NCBI GenBank assembly: GCA_039795165.1
Contig: JBDKER010000004.1
Location: 48,234-112,233 of the forward strand
Length of the DNA stretch: 64,000 nucleotides
Direction of reading: 5' to 3'
DNA from: Verrucomicrobiota bacterium
GTDB lineage: Bacteria > Verrucomicrobiota > Verrucomicrobiia > Verrucomicrobiales > V1-33
The notes under the pieces are model-generated. The model searched no databases. It was not told the origin of the DNA and saw only the letters and a program-made list of their open reading frames with translations. Positions 17,652 through 27,782 of the stretch are shown piece after piece. Every line of letters begins with the position of its first letter. The first letter of the stretch is position 1. The position numbers and the translations under genes were made by a program.

Positions 17652-18020
17652 TCAGTTGGCGTTGCCCGACTCAAGGGTCTGCCGGTGGGCCTCCCGCCCG
17701 GCTTTGAGTTTGGCGACTCGCTCCTGCACTTCCTTGCGGAGCGCCAGCAGCGCATCGCGTTCCTCGAGGAGCGATTCTCCCGTGCGGAGTGCCTCGTCGG
17801 CCTTCTCTCCCTTGTACTGCTGCAGGGATGCCATCTCCTTCTGGAGTACATCGTGCTTCGCGTGCAGCGTCACCAATTCCTGCCGCGCCTTCTCCGCCTG
17901 CAGCTCGAGGTCCTTGACCTCGGCATCGTTGACGGCCGGTGCACAGGAAATGAGCGCGGAAGTGCCGATGAGGACAGACGTCCAGCACACGCATCTGACG
18001 GAAAAGAAGGAAAGGAACAT
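17652..18020 (-). CDS. Small coiled-coil lipoprotein (hypothetical)
   Basis: The ATG at 18020 gives MFLSFFSVRCVCWTSVLIGTSALISCAP, a lipobox-like LISC. The rest is coiled-coil-like (LELQAEKARQELVTLHAKHDVLQKEM...). Confidence 0.5.
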   Translation of the reverse strand: MFLSFFSVRCVCWTSVLIGTSALISCAPAVNDAEVKDLELQAEKARQELVTLHAKHDVLQKEMASLQQYKGEKADEALRTGESLLEERDALLALRKEVQERVAKLKAGREAHRQTLESGNAN

Positions 18021-18090
18021 GACACAGGGGAACTTCCCTGACCTTGTGGACCGGCCAGCTTCCTGCAAGTCCGCAGATAAAGTTCTGCGT

Positions 18091-19425
18091 TCACGATTTC
18101 CTCACATTTCCACTCCCGTGGAGCCGCTCAAGCACCCGCCGCAGCATCCCGAGCGCCAGATCCACTTCCTGCGCCGAAACATTGAGCGGTGGAAGCCAGC
18201 GCACCACGGTCGGCCCGGCAGCCACCGTGAGCAGCCCTTCGTCCATGAGGGCCCGCACCACCGCAAGCGACGCCATGCCGTCGTCCGAATGCCACGCCCC
18301 GCAGGCTTCCAGCGCCTCCACATCGAGTTCAAATCCAATCAGCAGACCCAGTCCCCGCACTTCGCGGACAAGGGGATGATGCCACGAACGCACTTCCCGC
18401 ATGATGCGGGCACCCGTCCGGGCCGCCGCCGCACAGAGGTCCTCCGAGGCAACGGCCCCGAGAACCGCCAGAGCCACCGCGCAGCCCAGGGGATTGCCCC
18501 CGTAGGTCGTCCCATGACTCCCCGGCCCAAGCACATCGCAGAGCATTTCTTCCCGTCCGGGCGCCACCGCCCGTTCGCTGATCCAGACGCCGCCAAACGG
18601 AAATCCACCCGCAATCCCCTTGGCCCAGCTCACAGCATCGGGCACCAGATCCGGAACCACCGGTTTCCAGCCGCACCAGTGACCGGCCCGGCCCAGTCCG
18701 CACTGTACTTCGTCCATGAGCAGCAGCGCATTGTGGCGGCGGCAGAGCGCTTCACAGGACCGCAGGAATTCCTCGCTGGCCACATGCACCCCACCCTCGC
18801 CCTGCACGGGCTCCAGCAGCACCGCGACCGTGTCCTCACTGAACGCTGCCTCCAGCGCACGCACATCGTTGAACGGCAGATGCTGAAACCCTTCGAGGAG
18901 CGGTCCGAACCCAGTCTTCACCTTGTCCTGACCCGTCGCCGAAATGCCCCCGAACGTCCGGCCATGGAAGCTGCCATGGAACGTGATGATCCCCCTCCGC
19001 GGAGTCCCGTCGGCCTTCGGCACCAGATGCCCGAACTTCCGCGCCAGTTTCAGCAGCGCTTCGTTGGCCTCCGCCCCGCTGTTGCAGAAGAAACACTTCC
19101 CGGGGGCCTCCATCACCGATTCCACAAGGAACTGCCCCAGCTCGCCCTGACCCCGGATCTGATACCAGTTCGAACAATGAATCAGCGTCCGGCCCTGACG
19201 CTCAAGAGCCTCCGTCATCACCGGTGGACAATGCCCCAGCGAGCAGACCGCTACGCCTCCCCCGAAATCAAGGTAGCGCTTCCCTTCCTCATCCCACAGC
19301 CAGCTGCCTTCCCCGCGCACCGGAGCCAGCGCCAGACGCCCGTAGTTCGGAACCGTGTACCGCTTCACCAGATCCAGCGTCGACAGTCGGGCGGCACCCG
19401 CCCCAGCAGAAGTGTTTTCGTTCAT
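18091..19425 (-). CDS. argD: Class-III PLP aminotransferase, probable acetylornithine aminotransferase
   Basis: Motifs are YGRLALAPVRGEGSWLWDEEGKRYLDFGGGVAVCSLGHCPP, LLMDEVQCGLGRAG and WAKGIAGG. It lies immediately downstream of argB. Confidence 0.8.
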   Translation of the reverse strand: MNENTSAGAGAARLSTLDLVKRYTVPNYGRLALAPVRGEGSWLWDEEGKRYLDFGGGVAVCSLGHCPPVMTEALERQGRTLIHCSNWYQIRGQGELGQFLVESVMEAPGKCFFCNSGAEANEALLKLARKFGHLVPKADGTPRRGIITFHGSFHGRTFGGISATGQDKVKTGFGPLLEGFQHLPFNDVRALEAAFSEDTVAVLLEPVQGEGGVHVASEEFLRSCEALCRRHNALLLMDEVQCGLGRAGHWCGWKPVVPDLVPDAVSWAKGIAGGFPFGGVWISERAVAPGREEMLCDVLGPGSHGTTYGGNPLGCAVALAVLGAVASEDLCAAAARTGARIMREVRSWHHPLVREVRGLGLLIGFELDVEALEACGAWHSDDGMASLAVVRALMDEGLLTVAAGPTVVRWLPPLNVSAQEVDLALGMLRRVLERLHGSGNVRKS

Positions 19426-19445
19426 GGTTGTTCAGATGGCCGCAG

Positions 19446-20345
19446 TCACGGCACAATCTCGGTGCCGATCCCCTGGTTGGTGAAGATTTCAAGCAGCAGA
19501 CTGTGCGGAATCCGTCCGTCAATCATGTGCACTTTCTGAACCCCGGCATCAAGCGCCGACAGCGCGGACCGCACCTTCGGAATCATCCCCCCGCGGATCG
19601 TCCCGTCATTCACCAGCCGCTCCACACCCTCCCGGTCAAGGGACGGAATCAGGCTGGCCGGATCCCCGGGATCCCGCATCACCCCCAGCACATCGGAAAT
19701 GTAGACGAACTTGGACGCCCGCAGCTTGCCAGCCAGGGCCGCCGCAGCGACATCGGCGTTCACATTCAAAACGTTATCCGTTCCTTCCTCGCTCGCCACC
19801 GGCGAAATCACCGGAACTTCCTCACGGTGCACCGCCGCCAGCACCTCCGCCACCCGGAAGCCATGCACCGACCCCACAAACCCAAGGTCCACCGGCTCTC
19901 CATCCTCTCCCTTCACCGGCGCATTCCGGTGCCCCAGAAACACATCCCGACCCCGCAACCCCACAGCCCGCCCGCCGGACTGATTGATGAATCCCACCAG
20001 CTCCCGGTTCACCACGTCCTGCAGCGTCCTCTCCACCACGGAAATCGCACGCGCATCAGTCACCCGCAGCCCACCCACGAAACGCGCCTCCAGCCCCTCC
20101 TCGGCCATCGCCCGCGAAATCGCCTTCCCCCCGCCATGCACCACCACCGGATTGATCCCGGCAAGCTCCATGAACACCACATCCCGCAGCAAACCCTGCA
20201 CCAGTTCCGGATCATCCATCGCACTCCCCCCGAACTTGATCAGAAAAGTCTGACCCCGGAAGCGTTGCAGCCAAGGCATGGCCTCAATCAGCACTCCAGC
20301 CTTCATGATCTGCTCCGCATAGCGCTCTCTCGTGGTCTCATTCAT
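19446..20345 (-). CDS. argB: Acetylglutamate kinase
   Basis: Motifs are FLIKFGGSAM, VVVHGGGK and NVNADVAAAALA. The ATG at 20345 (MNETTRERYAEQIMKAGVLIEAMPWLQRF) gives the usual length. Confidence 0.9.
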   Translation of the reverse strand: MNETTRERYAEQIMKAGVLIEAMPWLQRFRGQTFLIKFGGSAMDDPELVQGLLRDVVFMELAGINPVVVHGGGKAISRAMAEEGLEARFVGGLRVTDARAISVVERTLQDVVNRELVGFINQSGGRAVGLRGRDVFLGHRNAPVKGEDGEPVDLGFVGSVHGFRVAEVLAAVHREEVPVISPVASEEGTDNVLNVNADVAAAALAGKLRASKFVYISDVLGVMRDPGDPASLIPSLDREGVERLVNDGTIRGGMIPKVRSALSALDAGVQKVHMIDGRIPHSLLLEIFTNQGIGTEIVP

Positions 20346-20605
20346 GGTATCAAAAATCAGGGAAAGCCGCGCATATAGCATACCCATTGCGCTTTGCTCC
20401 CGGATTTTCACGGAACTGACCCCCGACCGCACCGCCAGATTTTCCAGAAATCCCCGGGTTTTCAGAATGGTTCGCGATTTTCCCGTTGCATCCTCTGCCG
20501 CCTGCCCGCAGAGCCACTAAAATCCTCTTCCAGGGTTGGTGCCCCATCCGTCCCCTCCGGATCGCCGACGTCACCCGCAGATCCGCGATTTTTTCCCGTC
20601 TTTCT

Positions 20606-20627
20606 GCTTGTGAAATTTTTCACAAGC
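20606..20627. promoter_or_regulatory. Perfect 22-bp palindrome with a Crp/Fnr-family type operator core (TGTGA-N6-TCACA)
   Basis: The sequence is GCTTGTGAAA-TT-TTTCACAAGC. It is centred about 43 nt upstream of the actA ATG (20660), in the argB/actA divergent spacer. Confidence 0.6.
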
Positions 20628-20659
20628 TCCTACGATCCGCCCCGCTTCTCTCTGCACTC

Positions 20660-21316
20660 ATGGCCAATCTCTTTCCACGCTGGACGAATACGCTGCCGCT
20701 GAAGCTGCTGATTGCCCTCGGTTTTGTCGGGGCCTCGGTGGCGGCCGGGGTGACCTACTACTTCACCCAGGAGTACACCCGCAAAGGCTACATGCCATCG
20801 CAGCCGATTCCGTTTTCCCACGAAATCCACGCCGGGCAACTCGGGCTCGACTGCCGCTACTGCCACAGCTTCGTGGAAAAGTCCGGACACGCCAACGTCC
20901 CCGGTTCGAACACCTGCTGGAACTGCCACCAGCACGTCAAGACGAACAGCCCCCACATCGCCAAGATCAAGGAAAGCGTCGAAACCGGGAAACCCATGCA
21001 GTGGGTCAAAATCCACAAGGTGCCTGATTACGCCTACTTCAACCACAGCGTCCACGTGAACAGCGGCGTTTCCTGCGTGAGCTGCCATGGCAAGGTCAAT
21101 GAAATGCCTGTAGTCTTCCATGACCAGAGCCAAAGCATGGGATGGTGCCTCGACTGCCACCGCGCTCCCGAGAATCATCTCCGCCCACTCGACAAGATCA
21201 CAAACCTGAACTGGACTGCCAAGGACGCTGGACAAAACCAGAAGGAAATGGGCGAGAAACTGAAGGCAGCGTGGAAGATTAATCCCCCGGAAAACTGCGC
21301 CGGATGCCACCGCTGA
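20660..21316 (+). CDS. actA: Alternative complex III subunit ActA (pentaheme cytochrome c)
   Basis: It has an N-terminal TM anchor and five CxxCH motifs (CRYCH, CWNCH, CVSCH, CLDCH, CAGCH). It is the first gene of an actABCDEF-ordered cluster. Confidence 0.85.
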   Translation: MANLFPRWTNTLPLKLLIALGFVGASVAAGVTYYFTQEYTRKGYMPSQPIPFSHEIHAGQLGLDCRYCHSFVEKSGHANVPGSNTCWNCHQHVKTNSPHIAKIKESVETGKPMQWVKIHKVPDYAYFNHSVHVNSGVSCVSCHGKVNEMPVVFHDQSQSMGWCLDCHRAPENHLRPLDKITNLNWTAKDAGQNQKEMGEKLKAAWKINPPENCAGCHR

Positions 21317-21394
21317 AATCAATTCAAATTACTGCAAACCGCTGATCCCCAGCTGATTGTCTAAACCAAAGACCGCAGAACTTTCCGGAACGCG

Positions 21395-24300
21395 ATGAAA
21401 CGCATTTGGCACCACCCTGAAGAACCAAAGACCGGCAAGCGCTTCTGGCGCAGCCTCTCCCAACTCGCCAAGACTCCTTCATCAAAGGAATGGCTCGACC
21501 GGGAATTCCCCGCCGGAGCTGCGGAAATGAAGGATGAAGCCGACGCGGAAACGAGCCGCCGTTCCTTCCTGAAACTGATGGGTGCCAGCACGGCGATGGC
21601 CGGCATGGCCGCCTGCCGCCGCCCGGAACTCCACATCACCCCCTACGCCAAGGCCCCGGAATGGGTCATTCCCGGCAAGGTCCTCTTCTACGCCACCAGC
21701 ATGCCCCGCACGGGCGGCGGCACGGCCATGGTCGTCCACACCCACGAAGGAAGGCCCACCCACCTCCAGGGCAACAAGCTCCACCCGGAAAGCAATGGCA
21801 GCCTCGACAGCCAGGCCCAGGCATCCATTCTCAATCTCTATGACCCGGACCGGGCCAAAGAAATCCTCAATTTCGGAAAGCCAGCCAGCCGCGACGACTT
21901 CTTCGGTTTCCTCGAAAAGAAAAAGACAGAATGGGCCGCCGCGGAAGGAGCCAACCTCGCCATCCTGACGGACGAGACGGTTGCCCCCACCCGCGAACGT
22001 CTGCTCGGTGAAATCGTCAAGAAGTTCCCCAAGGCCAAGGTCTACCAGCACGAAGCCTTTGGCTCAGGCAATCCCCGGGCCGCCCTCGCCGCGGCTCACG
22101 GACCCGGAACGGTCGCCCATTACCATTTCGACAAGGCCGACCGCATCTTCTCGCTGGATTGCGATTTCCTCGGACTCGACCGACTCGGCAATCTGTCGGT
22201 TGGACAGTTCATGTCGCGCCGCAAGGCGGATAGCCCGGATGACGGCGCCTCCATGAACCGACTCTATGTCGTGGAAGGCCGTTACACCCTCACAGGCGGC
22301 ATGGCGGACCACCGCCTCCGGGTCCCCGCCAGCCAGACGCTCAAGGTTGCCGTCGACCTCGCCAAAGCCATCGCGGCAACTGCCAGCCAGTCGGCTCTTG
22401 CCACGGCCGCCTCCGCCGTGAAGCTTTCCGGCGAATTCCGCGGTCGGGACGACTACGCCGCATGGATCAAGTGCGCCGCCGACGATCTTGTCGCCGCCAA
22501 AGGCAAAGCGCTCGTGGTGGCTGGATCGGCTCACGAACCGGCCGTGCACGCCCTCACGGCACTCATCAATGATGCCCTCGGCGCTCTCGGAACGGTCATC
22601 GAACTCAAGCAGGGTTCCGTCCTCGCCATCGCAGGAGGAGCCGCCGAACTGGCAACCGCCGCCACGGCCAAGCAGATCGATACCCTCATCATCCTCGGAG
22701 AAACCGATCCCGTCTTTGAAGGAGCGGCTGCCAAACTCGGCGACGCCCTCAAGAACGTCCCCAACGTGATCGCCCACACGCTGCGTCACCGCACGGCGAC
22801 CGCCCGAGCGGCCTCGTGGATCGTTCCCGCGACCCACTACCTCGAACAGTGGGGCGATACCCGCGGATTCGACGGCACCTATTCGGTCGCTCAGCCCATG
22901 ATCGCCCCGCTCTACGCGGCTGCCATCAGCGACACCCATCTGCTTCTCTCGCTCGTCACCAATGAGTCGCTCACGGCCCCGGCTACCCCCGCCGCCGCTC
23001 CCGCACCGGGCGCTCCCGAAGATCCAGGCCCGGAAGCAAAAGCGGTCCGCGATACCTTCAACGCTCTCGTCAAGGGAGCTGACGACAACGCATGGACGAA
23101 TGCCCTGCGCGATGGCTTTGCAGCGGCCAGTGCCTACCCGGCGGCCCCTGCCTTCAACGCCGCTGCTGCCACCCAGCTGGCCGGCACCGCCACCGACACG
23201 GCCCTTGCTCAGGGCGAGTACGAAGTGGTGTTCGTTCCCTGCGCCAAAATCCACGATGGCCGCTACATCAACAATGGCTGGCTCCAGGAAGCGCCGGACC
23301 CGATCTCCAAGGTCACATGGGATAATGCCGCCATCGTCAGTGTCAAAACCGCCAAGGAACTCGGCATCAACCTCTTCAATGAGGACGCTGCCGATGTCAT
23401 CGAAGTCGAGGTCAATGGCCTGAAGCGGTGGTTCCCAGTCATCACCGTCCCGGGACACGCCGACAACAGCATCCTCCTCACCGCGGGTTACGGCCAGAAC
23501 GACCCGGGACAAGTCGGCAACGGAACGGGTTTCGATGTCTACCCCCTCCGTTCCGCCGCCACGCCCTACTTCGCCGCAGGAGCCAAGGTCGCCAAACTGA
23601 AGGCCGCCGTCACCGGTGATGCCCTCTCCACCATCGCGGGCCGCACAGAAATTCCCGCCGTCTACCCGCTCGGCACCACCTCGGAACACCACAGCATGTA
23701 CGGGCGTGCCCTCGTCCGCGAAGGGACCGTCGAAGACTGGAAAAACCATGCCGACTTCGTTCTCGATCAGGGAACCGATGGCCACCTCCACGGCAACCGT
23801 GAGGAAAAATTCGCCGAAAACGCCTACAGCTTCTACAAACCGGAAGGAGCCAAGGACAGCGATGGCAACCGCATCCCGCACCTGAGCGATCCCACCCACC
23901 AGTGGGGCATGGTCATCGACCTCAACAAGTGCACGGGCTGTACTTCCTGCCTCGTCGCCTGCCAGTCGGAAAACAACATTCCCATCGTCGGCAAGGATCA
24001 AGTCCGCCGCGGCCGCGAAATGCACTGGATCCGCATGGATCGCTACTTCGCCACCGACCTCGACTCGGACGCCGCCCTCAATAACCGGCGCGTCGAACGC
24101 AACCCCTTCGATTCCCAGGACAACTCATGGAACGAAGACGAAATGGACGACCCGGAAATGCTCGTCCAACCGGTGGCGTGCCAGCACTGCGAATCCGCTC
24201 CCTGCGAAACAGTCTGCCCGGTCAATGCCACAGTCCACAGCGAGGATGGCCTCAATGTGATGGTCTACAACCGCTGCATCGGTACCCGCTACTGCGCCAA

Positions 24301-24916
24301 CAACTGCCCGTTCAAGGCCCGCCGCTTCAATTTCTTCGATTACAACAAGCGCAACCCACTCGTGACCCGCAAGGTCGGCAGCTTCGAGTTCAACAACCTC
24401 TACGCCGGTCCCGCCGGGGAACGGCACGACTCGGAACTGAGCAAGGCCCAGAAGAATCCGAACGTTTCCGTGCGGATGCGCGGTGTCATCGAGAAGTGCA
24501 CCTATTGCCTGCAGCGCATCGAAAGCGCCCGCATCGATACCCGCGCCAACGCCCGCAAGGCGAAGTCGCGCGCCACCGGTGCCACGGACGATAAGCTCGT
24601 CATCGAGGAAAAGGACCTCATGATTGCCACGGACCGCGTGCGCACCGCCTGCCAGGAAGCCTGCCCGGCAGAGGCCATCGCCTTCGGCAATCTCAAGGAC
24701 GACAAGAGCAGCGTGGTCGCTTGGAAGAACAATTCCCGCAATTACGAACTCCTCGGCTACCTGTCGGTGCGGGCCCGCACGACCTACCTCGCACGCATCA
24801 AGAATCCCAACCCCGCCCTCGTCGCCGCCTCCCCACGGGAACAGCGCAAGGTCGGTCAGGGATCCAAGACGCGCCACATTCATGTCGATCACGGCACCCC
24901 CGGAGCCGCTCACTGA
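21395..24916 (+). CDS. actB: Alternative complex III subunit ActB (molybdopterin-oxidoreductase-like + FeS fusion)
   Basis: The Tat motif is SRRSFLKLMGAS. Ferredoxin-type Cys clusters are CTGCTSCLVAC, CQHCESAPCETVCP, CIGTRYCANNCP, CTYC and CQEACP. The length is 1173 aa. Confidence 0.9.
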   Translation: MKRIWHHPEEPKTGKRFWRSLSQLAKTPSSKEWLDREFPAGAAEMKDEADAETSRRSFLKLMGASTAMAGMAACRRPELHITPYAKAPEWVIPGKVLFYATSMPRTGGGTAMVVHTHEGRPTHLQGNKLHPESNGSLDSQAQASILNLYDPDRAKEILNFGKPASRDDFFGFLEKKKTEWAAAEGANLAILTDETVAPTRERLLGEIVKKFPKAKVYQHEAFGSGNPRAALAAAHGPGTVAHYHFDKADRIFSLDCDFLGLDRLGNLSVGQFMSRRKADSPDDGASMNRLYVVEGRYTLTGGMADHRLRVPASQTLKVAVDLAKAIAATASQSALATAASAVKLSGEFRGRDDYAAWIKCAADDLVAAKGKALVVAGSAHEPAVHALTALINDALGALGTVIELKQGSVLAIAGGAAELATAATAKQIDTLIILGETDPVFEGAAAKLGDALKNVPNVIAHTLRHRTATARAASWIVPATHYLEQWGDTRGFDGTYSVAQPMIAPLYAAAISDTHLLLSLVTNESLTAPATPAAAPAPGAPEDPGPEAKAVRDTFNALVKGADDNAWTNALRDGFAAASAYPAAPAFNAAAATQLAGTATDTALAQGEYEVVFVPCAKIHDGRYINNGWLQEAPDPISKVTWDNAAIVSVKTAKELGINLFNEDAADVIEVEVNGLKRWFPVITVPGHADNSILLTAGYGQNDPGQVGNGTGFDVYPLRSAATPYFAAGAKVAKLKAAVTGDALSTIAGRTEIPAVYPLGTTSEHHSMYGRALVREGTVEDWKNHADFVLDQGTDGHLHGNREEKFAENAYSFYKPEGAKDSDGNRIPHLSDPTHQWGMVIDLNKCTGCTSCLVACQSENNIPIVGKDQVRRGREMHWIRMDRYFATDLDSDAALNNRRVERNPFDSQDNSWNEDEMDDPEMLVQPVACQHCESAPCETVCPVNATVHSEDGLNVMVYNRCIGTRYCANNCPFKARRFNFFDYNKRNPLVTRKVGSFEFNNLYAGPAGERHDSELSKAQKNPNVSVRMRGVIEKCTYCLQRIESARIDTRANARKAKSRATGATDDKLVIEEKDLMIATDRVRTACQEACPAEAIAFGNLKDDKSSVVAWKNNSRNYELLGYLSVRARTTYLARIKNPNPALVAASPREQRKVGQGSKTRHIHVDHGTPGAAH

Positions 24917-24958
24917 ACCTTCCTTCACCCTCTCCCAACTTCCCAGTTCCGCCAGCCT

Positions 24959-26476
24959 ATGGCCACCGCAGAAGCCCACGATCACCCGCCCGCCAGCGGT
25001 GCCCCTTCCCGCGCGAAGGTGCTCCTCCGCGAGCCGCTGGTTCTCAATAACCGCAACTACAGCTGGATCACGAACAAGATCGCCAGCGTCATCGAGGAAC
25101 CCCAGCCGCTCCTCTGGTGGATCCTCATCGTTCCCTGCTTCCTGCTCACCCTCGTCATGGTGGGCTGCTTTACCTACCTGATCTCCACAGGGGTCGGCGT
25201 CTGGGGGCCGAACCAGCCCGCCGCATGGGGCTGGGACATCACCAACTTCGTGTTCTGGATCGGTATCGGTCACGCCGGTACCCTCATCTCGGCCATTCTG
25301 TATCTGACCCGTCAGAAATGGCGGACTGCCGTGAATCGTTCCGCGGAAGCCATGACCATCTTCGCGGTCATGTGCGCCGGCCTCTTCCCGGCTCTCCACG
25401 TCGGACGGGTCTGGATGGCATGGTTCCTTGCTCCCATCCCCAACAGCAACCAGATCTGGCAGAACTTCAAATCGCCCCTCCTCTGGGACGTGTTCGCTGT
25501 GTCCACCTATTTCACGGTCTCCGTGATCTTCTGGTTCCTCGGGCTGGTCCCTGACCTCGCGACCATGCGCGACCGCACGACCCATCCGGTCAAACGCACG
25601 CTCTATGGAATTTTCGCACTCGGCTGGCGCGGCGGAAACCGCCAGTGGCGCCACTACGAGATTGCCTACGGACTGCTCGCCGCGCTCTCAACCCCGCTGG
25701 TCCTCTCGGTCCACACCGTCGTTTCCTTCGACTTCGCCACGTCCGTGGTCCCCGGATGGCACACCACCATCTTCCCACCCTACTTCGTGGCCGGTGCCAT
25801 CTTCGGCGGGTTCGCCATGGTGCTCACCCTCATGATCCCGGTCCGCAAGATCTACGGTCTCCAGGACCTCTTCACCATGAAGCACATCGACAACATGGCG
25901 AAGATCATCGTGCTCACCGGAACCATTGTGGGCTACGCCTACCTCATGGAACTCTACGTGGCATGGTACTCGGGCAGCCTCTTCGAGTTCGATGCGTTCA
26001 AATGGCGGATTCTCTACGGACCCTACACCTGGGCCTACTACGCCATGTTCTTCTGCAACGTCATCGCCCCGCAGGCCTTCTGGTTCAAAAAATGCCGCGA
26101 AAACCTGTGGATCGTCATGGCTGTCTGCATGTGCGTGAACGCCGGCATGTGGTACGAACGCTTCGTCATCATCGTGACCACCCTCGCCCGCGACTTCCTC
26201 CCAGGAGCGTGGGACATGTACCACCCCAGCTGGGTCGAAATCTGGTCGTTCATCGGAACCTTCGGATTCTTCACGATGCTGTTCCTCCTCTTCCTGCGCT
26301 ACCTTCCCGTCATCGCCATCGGCGAAGTGAAGGCGGTTCTGCCGGAAGCCGACCCGCACTACGACCCCACCGCGAAATCCCGCGACATCACTGTGCCGGC
26401 TCCCACCTACGAAGGCGACCTCGAACACACAGGCGGCCGCCCGGCTGCCGGTTCCGCCACCGCCACCGCATCCTGA
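24959..26476 (+). CDS. actC: Alternative complex III subunit ActC (NrfD/PsrC-like quinol-interacting membrane subunit)
   Basis: The protein is polytopic and matches the NrfD-family pattern ([23 protein letters not shown]...). Its position follows actB. Confidence 0.9.
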   Translation: MATAEAHDHPPASGAPSRAKVLLREPLVLNNRNYSWITNKIASVIEEPQPLLWWILIVPCFLLTLVMVGCFTYLISTGVGVWGPNQPAAWGWDITNFVFWIGIGHAGTLISAILYLTRQKWRTAVNRSAEAMTIFAVMCAGLFPALHVGRVWMAWFLAPIPNSNQIWQNFKSPLLWDVFAVSTYFTVSVIFWFLGLVPDLATMRDRTTHPVKRTLYGIFALGWRGGNRQWRHYEIAYGLLAALSTPLVLSVHTVVSFDFATSVVPGWHTTIFPPYFVAGAIFGGFAMVLTLMIPVRKIYGLQDLFTMKHIDNMAKIIVLTGTIVGYAYLMELYVAWYSGSLFEFDAFKWRILYGPYTWAYYAMFFCNVIAPQAFWFKKCRENLWIVMAVCMCVNAGMWYERFVIIVTTLARDFLPGAWDMYHPSWVEIWSFIGTFGFFTMLFLLFLRYLPVIAIGEVKAVLPEADPHYDPTAKSRDITVPAPTYEGDLEHTGGRPAAGSATATAS

Positions 26477-26497
26477 ACCTTTCACCGGATCACTGCC

Positions 26498-27052
26498 TTG
26501 AGCACACCATTGAAACGAGTCCACGGATACCTCGCGGAATTCACCACCGTGCAGGATGTCTACCACGCCGCCGAGAAAGTGCGCGATGCCGGCTTCACGA
26601 GCTGGGACGTCCACTCTCCCTTCCCCATCCATGGCATGGATGAGGCCATGGGTCTGCCCCGCAGCATCCTCCCGAAGTTCGTCTTCGTCGGAGGTCTCAC
26701 AGGCCTGCTCACAGCCTTCGCCCTGCAGTACTACACGCAGGTCATCGACTACCCAACGGTCGTGCAGGCCAAGCCAGCCAACATCTACACACTGCCGGCC
26801 TTTTTTCCGGTGATGTTCGAACTCACCATCCTCTTCTCGGCCTTCACCGCCCTCTTCACCTGCCTCGCCATGATGAAGCTGCCGCGGCTGCACCACCCGC
26901 TCTTCAACGCTCCTTCGTTTTCCCGGTTCTCGGACGACCGCTTCTTCCTCTGCATCGAGGCACGCGATCCCCGCTTCTCGCTGGAGAAAACCAAATCCTT
27001 CCTCTCGGAACTGGGAGCCCAGAACATCGAACTCGTGGAGGACGAAGTCTAA
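26498..27052 (+). CDS. actD: Alternative complex III subunit ActD (DUF3341)
   Basis: It has a TTG start. The sequence YLAEFTTVQDVYHAAEKVRDAGFTSWDVHSPFPIHGMDEAMG plus two TM helices fits the family, as does its position. Confidence 0.85.
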   Translation: MSTPLKRVHGYLAEFTTVQDVYHAAEKVRDAGFTSWDVHSPFPIHGMDEAMGLPRSILPKFVFVGGLTGLLTAFALQYYTQVIDYPTVVQAKPANIYTLPAFFPVMFELTILFSAFTALFTCLAMMKLPRLHHPLFNAPSFSRFSDDRFFLCIEARDPRFSLEKTKSFLSELGAQNIELVEDEV

Positions 27053-27055
27053 GAT

Positions 27056-27763
27056 ATGCGCTACTTTTTCCTAGCTCTGCTCCTCGCAGGAGTGATGGTG
27101 GTGGGAACCGCAGGTTTCCGGGGTGACAAATTCTCCCGCACTCCCATCGAAATCTTCGATGACATGGACCACCAGGCGAAACTCAAACCCCAGTCGCCCA
27201 GCGGATTCTTCAGTGACGGAGTCGGTCCCCGCAAGCCCGTGGCCGGCACGGTTCCCATGGGTCTCGAAATCCCGGAGAAAACTACCGCGGAAGGTGCCTT
27301 CGTGGCCTACGGATTCTCCCACGGAAGCGATTACTACAATACCGGCCGGATCGGCGACTTCTACGGCGAAGGCTACCCGGAACAGATCGTCATCGACGAA
27401 GCCTTCCTCCGCCTCGGCAAGGAACGCTACGACGTCAACTGCGCCATCTGCCACGGAACCTCGGGCAATGGGGCGGGCGTAACCGGCAAATTCGGAGTCC
27501 CCAACATCGCCAACTTCCACACTCCCGGCTTTCTCGACCCGAAGGACCCCGCCTACCGGGCCAATGGTTCCATCTACGAAACCATCACCAAAGGGAAAGG
27601 CCTCATGGGCGGCTACGGAGCCAACATTCCGGTGCACGAACGCTGGGCCATCGTCGCGTGGGTCCGCACCTTGCAGATGAGCCGTTCCGCACCTCTTTCC
27701 GATCCCGCTGTGAAGGCCGCATGGGATCTCCTCAACCCGGCTCCCGTGGCTGTCACCAAGTAA
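27056..27763 (+). CDS. actE: Alternative complex III subunit ActE (monoheme cytochrome c)
   Basis: It has a single CAICH motif, the downstream block GKGLMGGY...RWAIVAWV, and a signal/anchor at the N-terminus. Confidence 0.8.
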   Translation: MRYFFLALLLAGVMVVGTAGFRGDKFSRTPIEIFDDMDHQAKLKPQSPSGFFSDGVGPRKPVAGTVPMGLEIPEKTTAEGAFVAYGFSHGSDYYNTGRIGDFYGEGYPEQIVIDEAFLRLGKERYDVNCAICHGTSGNGAGVTGKFGVPNIANFHTPGFLDPKDPAYRANGSIYETITKGKGLMGGYGANIPVHERWAIVAWVRTLQMSRSAPLSDPAVKAAWDLLNPAPVAVTK

Positions 27764-27782
27764 CATACCTTCTTCTTCCGAT

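Noticed and set aside
17635-20378. ORFs 17635..19539 (+) and 19224..20378 (+)
   Set aside because: They are antisense to argD and argB, whose motifs are clear. They are His/Pro/Arg-rich low-complexity translations.
20371-20385. GGGTATGCTATATGC (minus strand), a possible sigma-54 site before argB
   Set aside because: It has several mismatches (no T at -26, no CAC) and may lie inside coding sequence if argB starts at an upstream ATG.
22064-26896. Long minus-strand ORFs 22064..24025, 24125..25654 and 25688..26896
   Set aside because: They are antisense to actB and actC. They are Gly/Asp/Glu/Val-rich shadow translations without domains, whereas the + strand genes carry FeS clusters, a Tat signal and NrfD-like helices.
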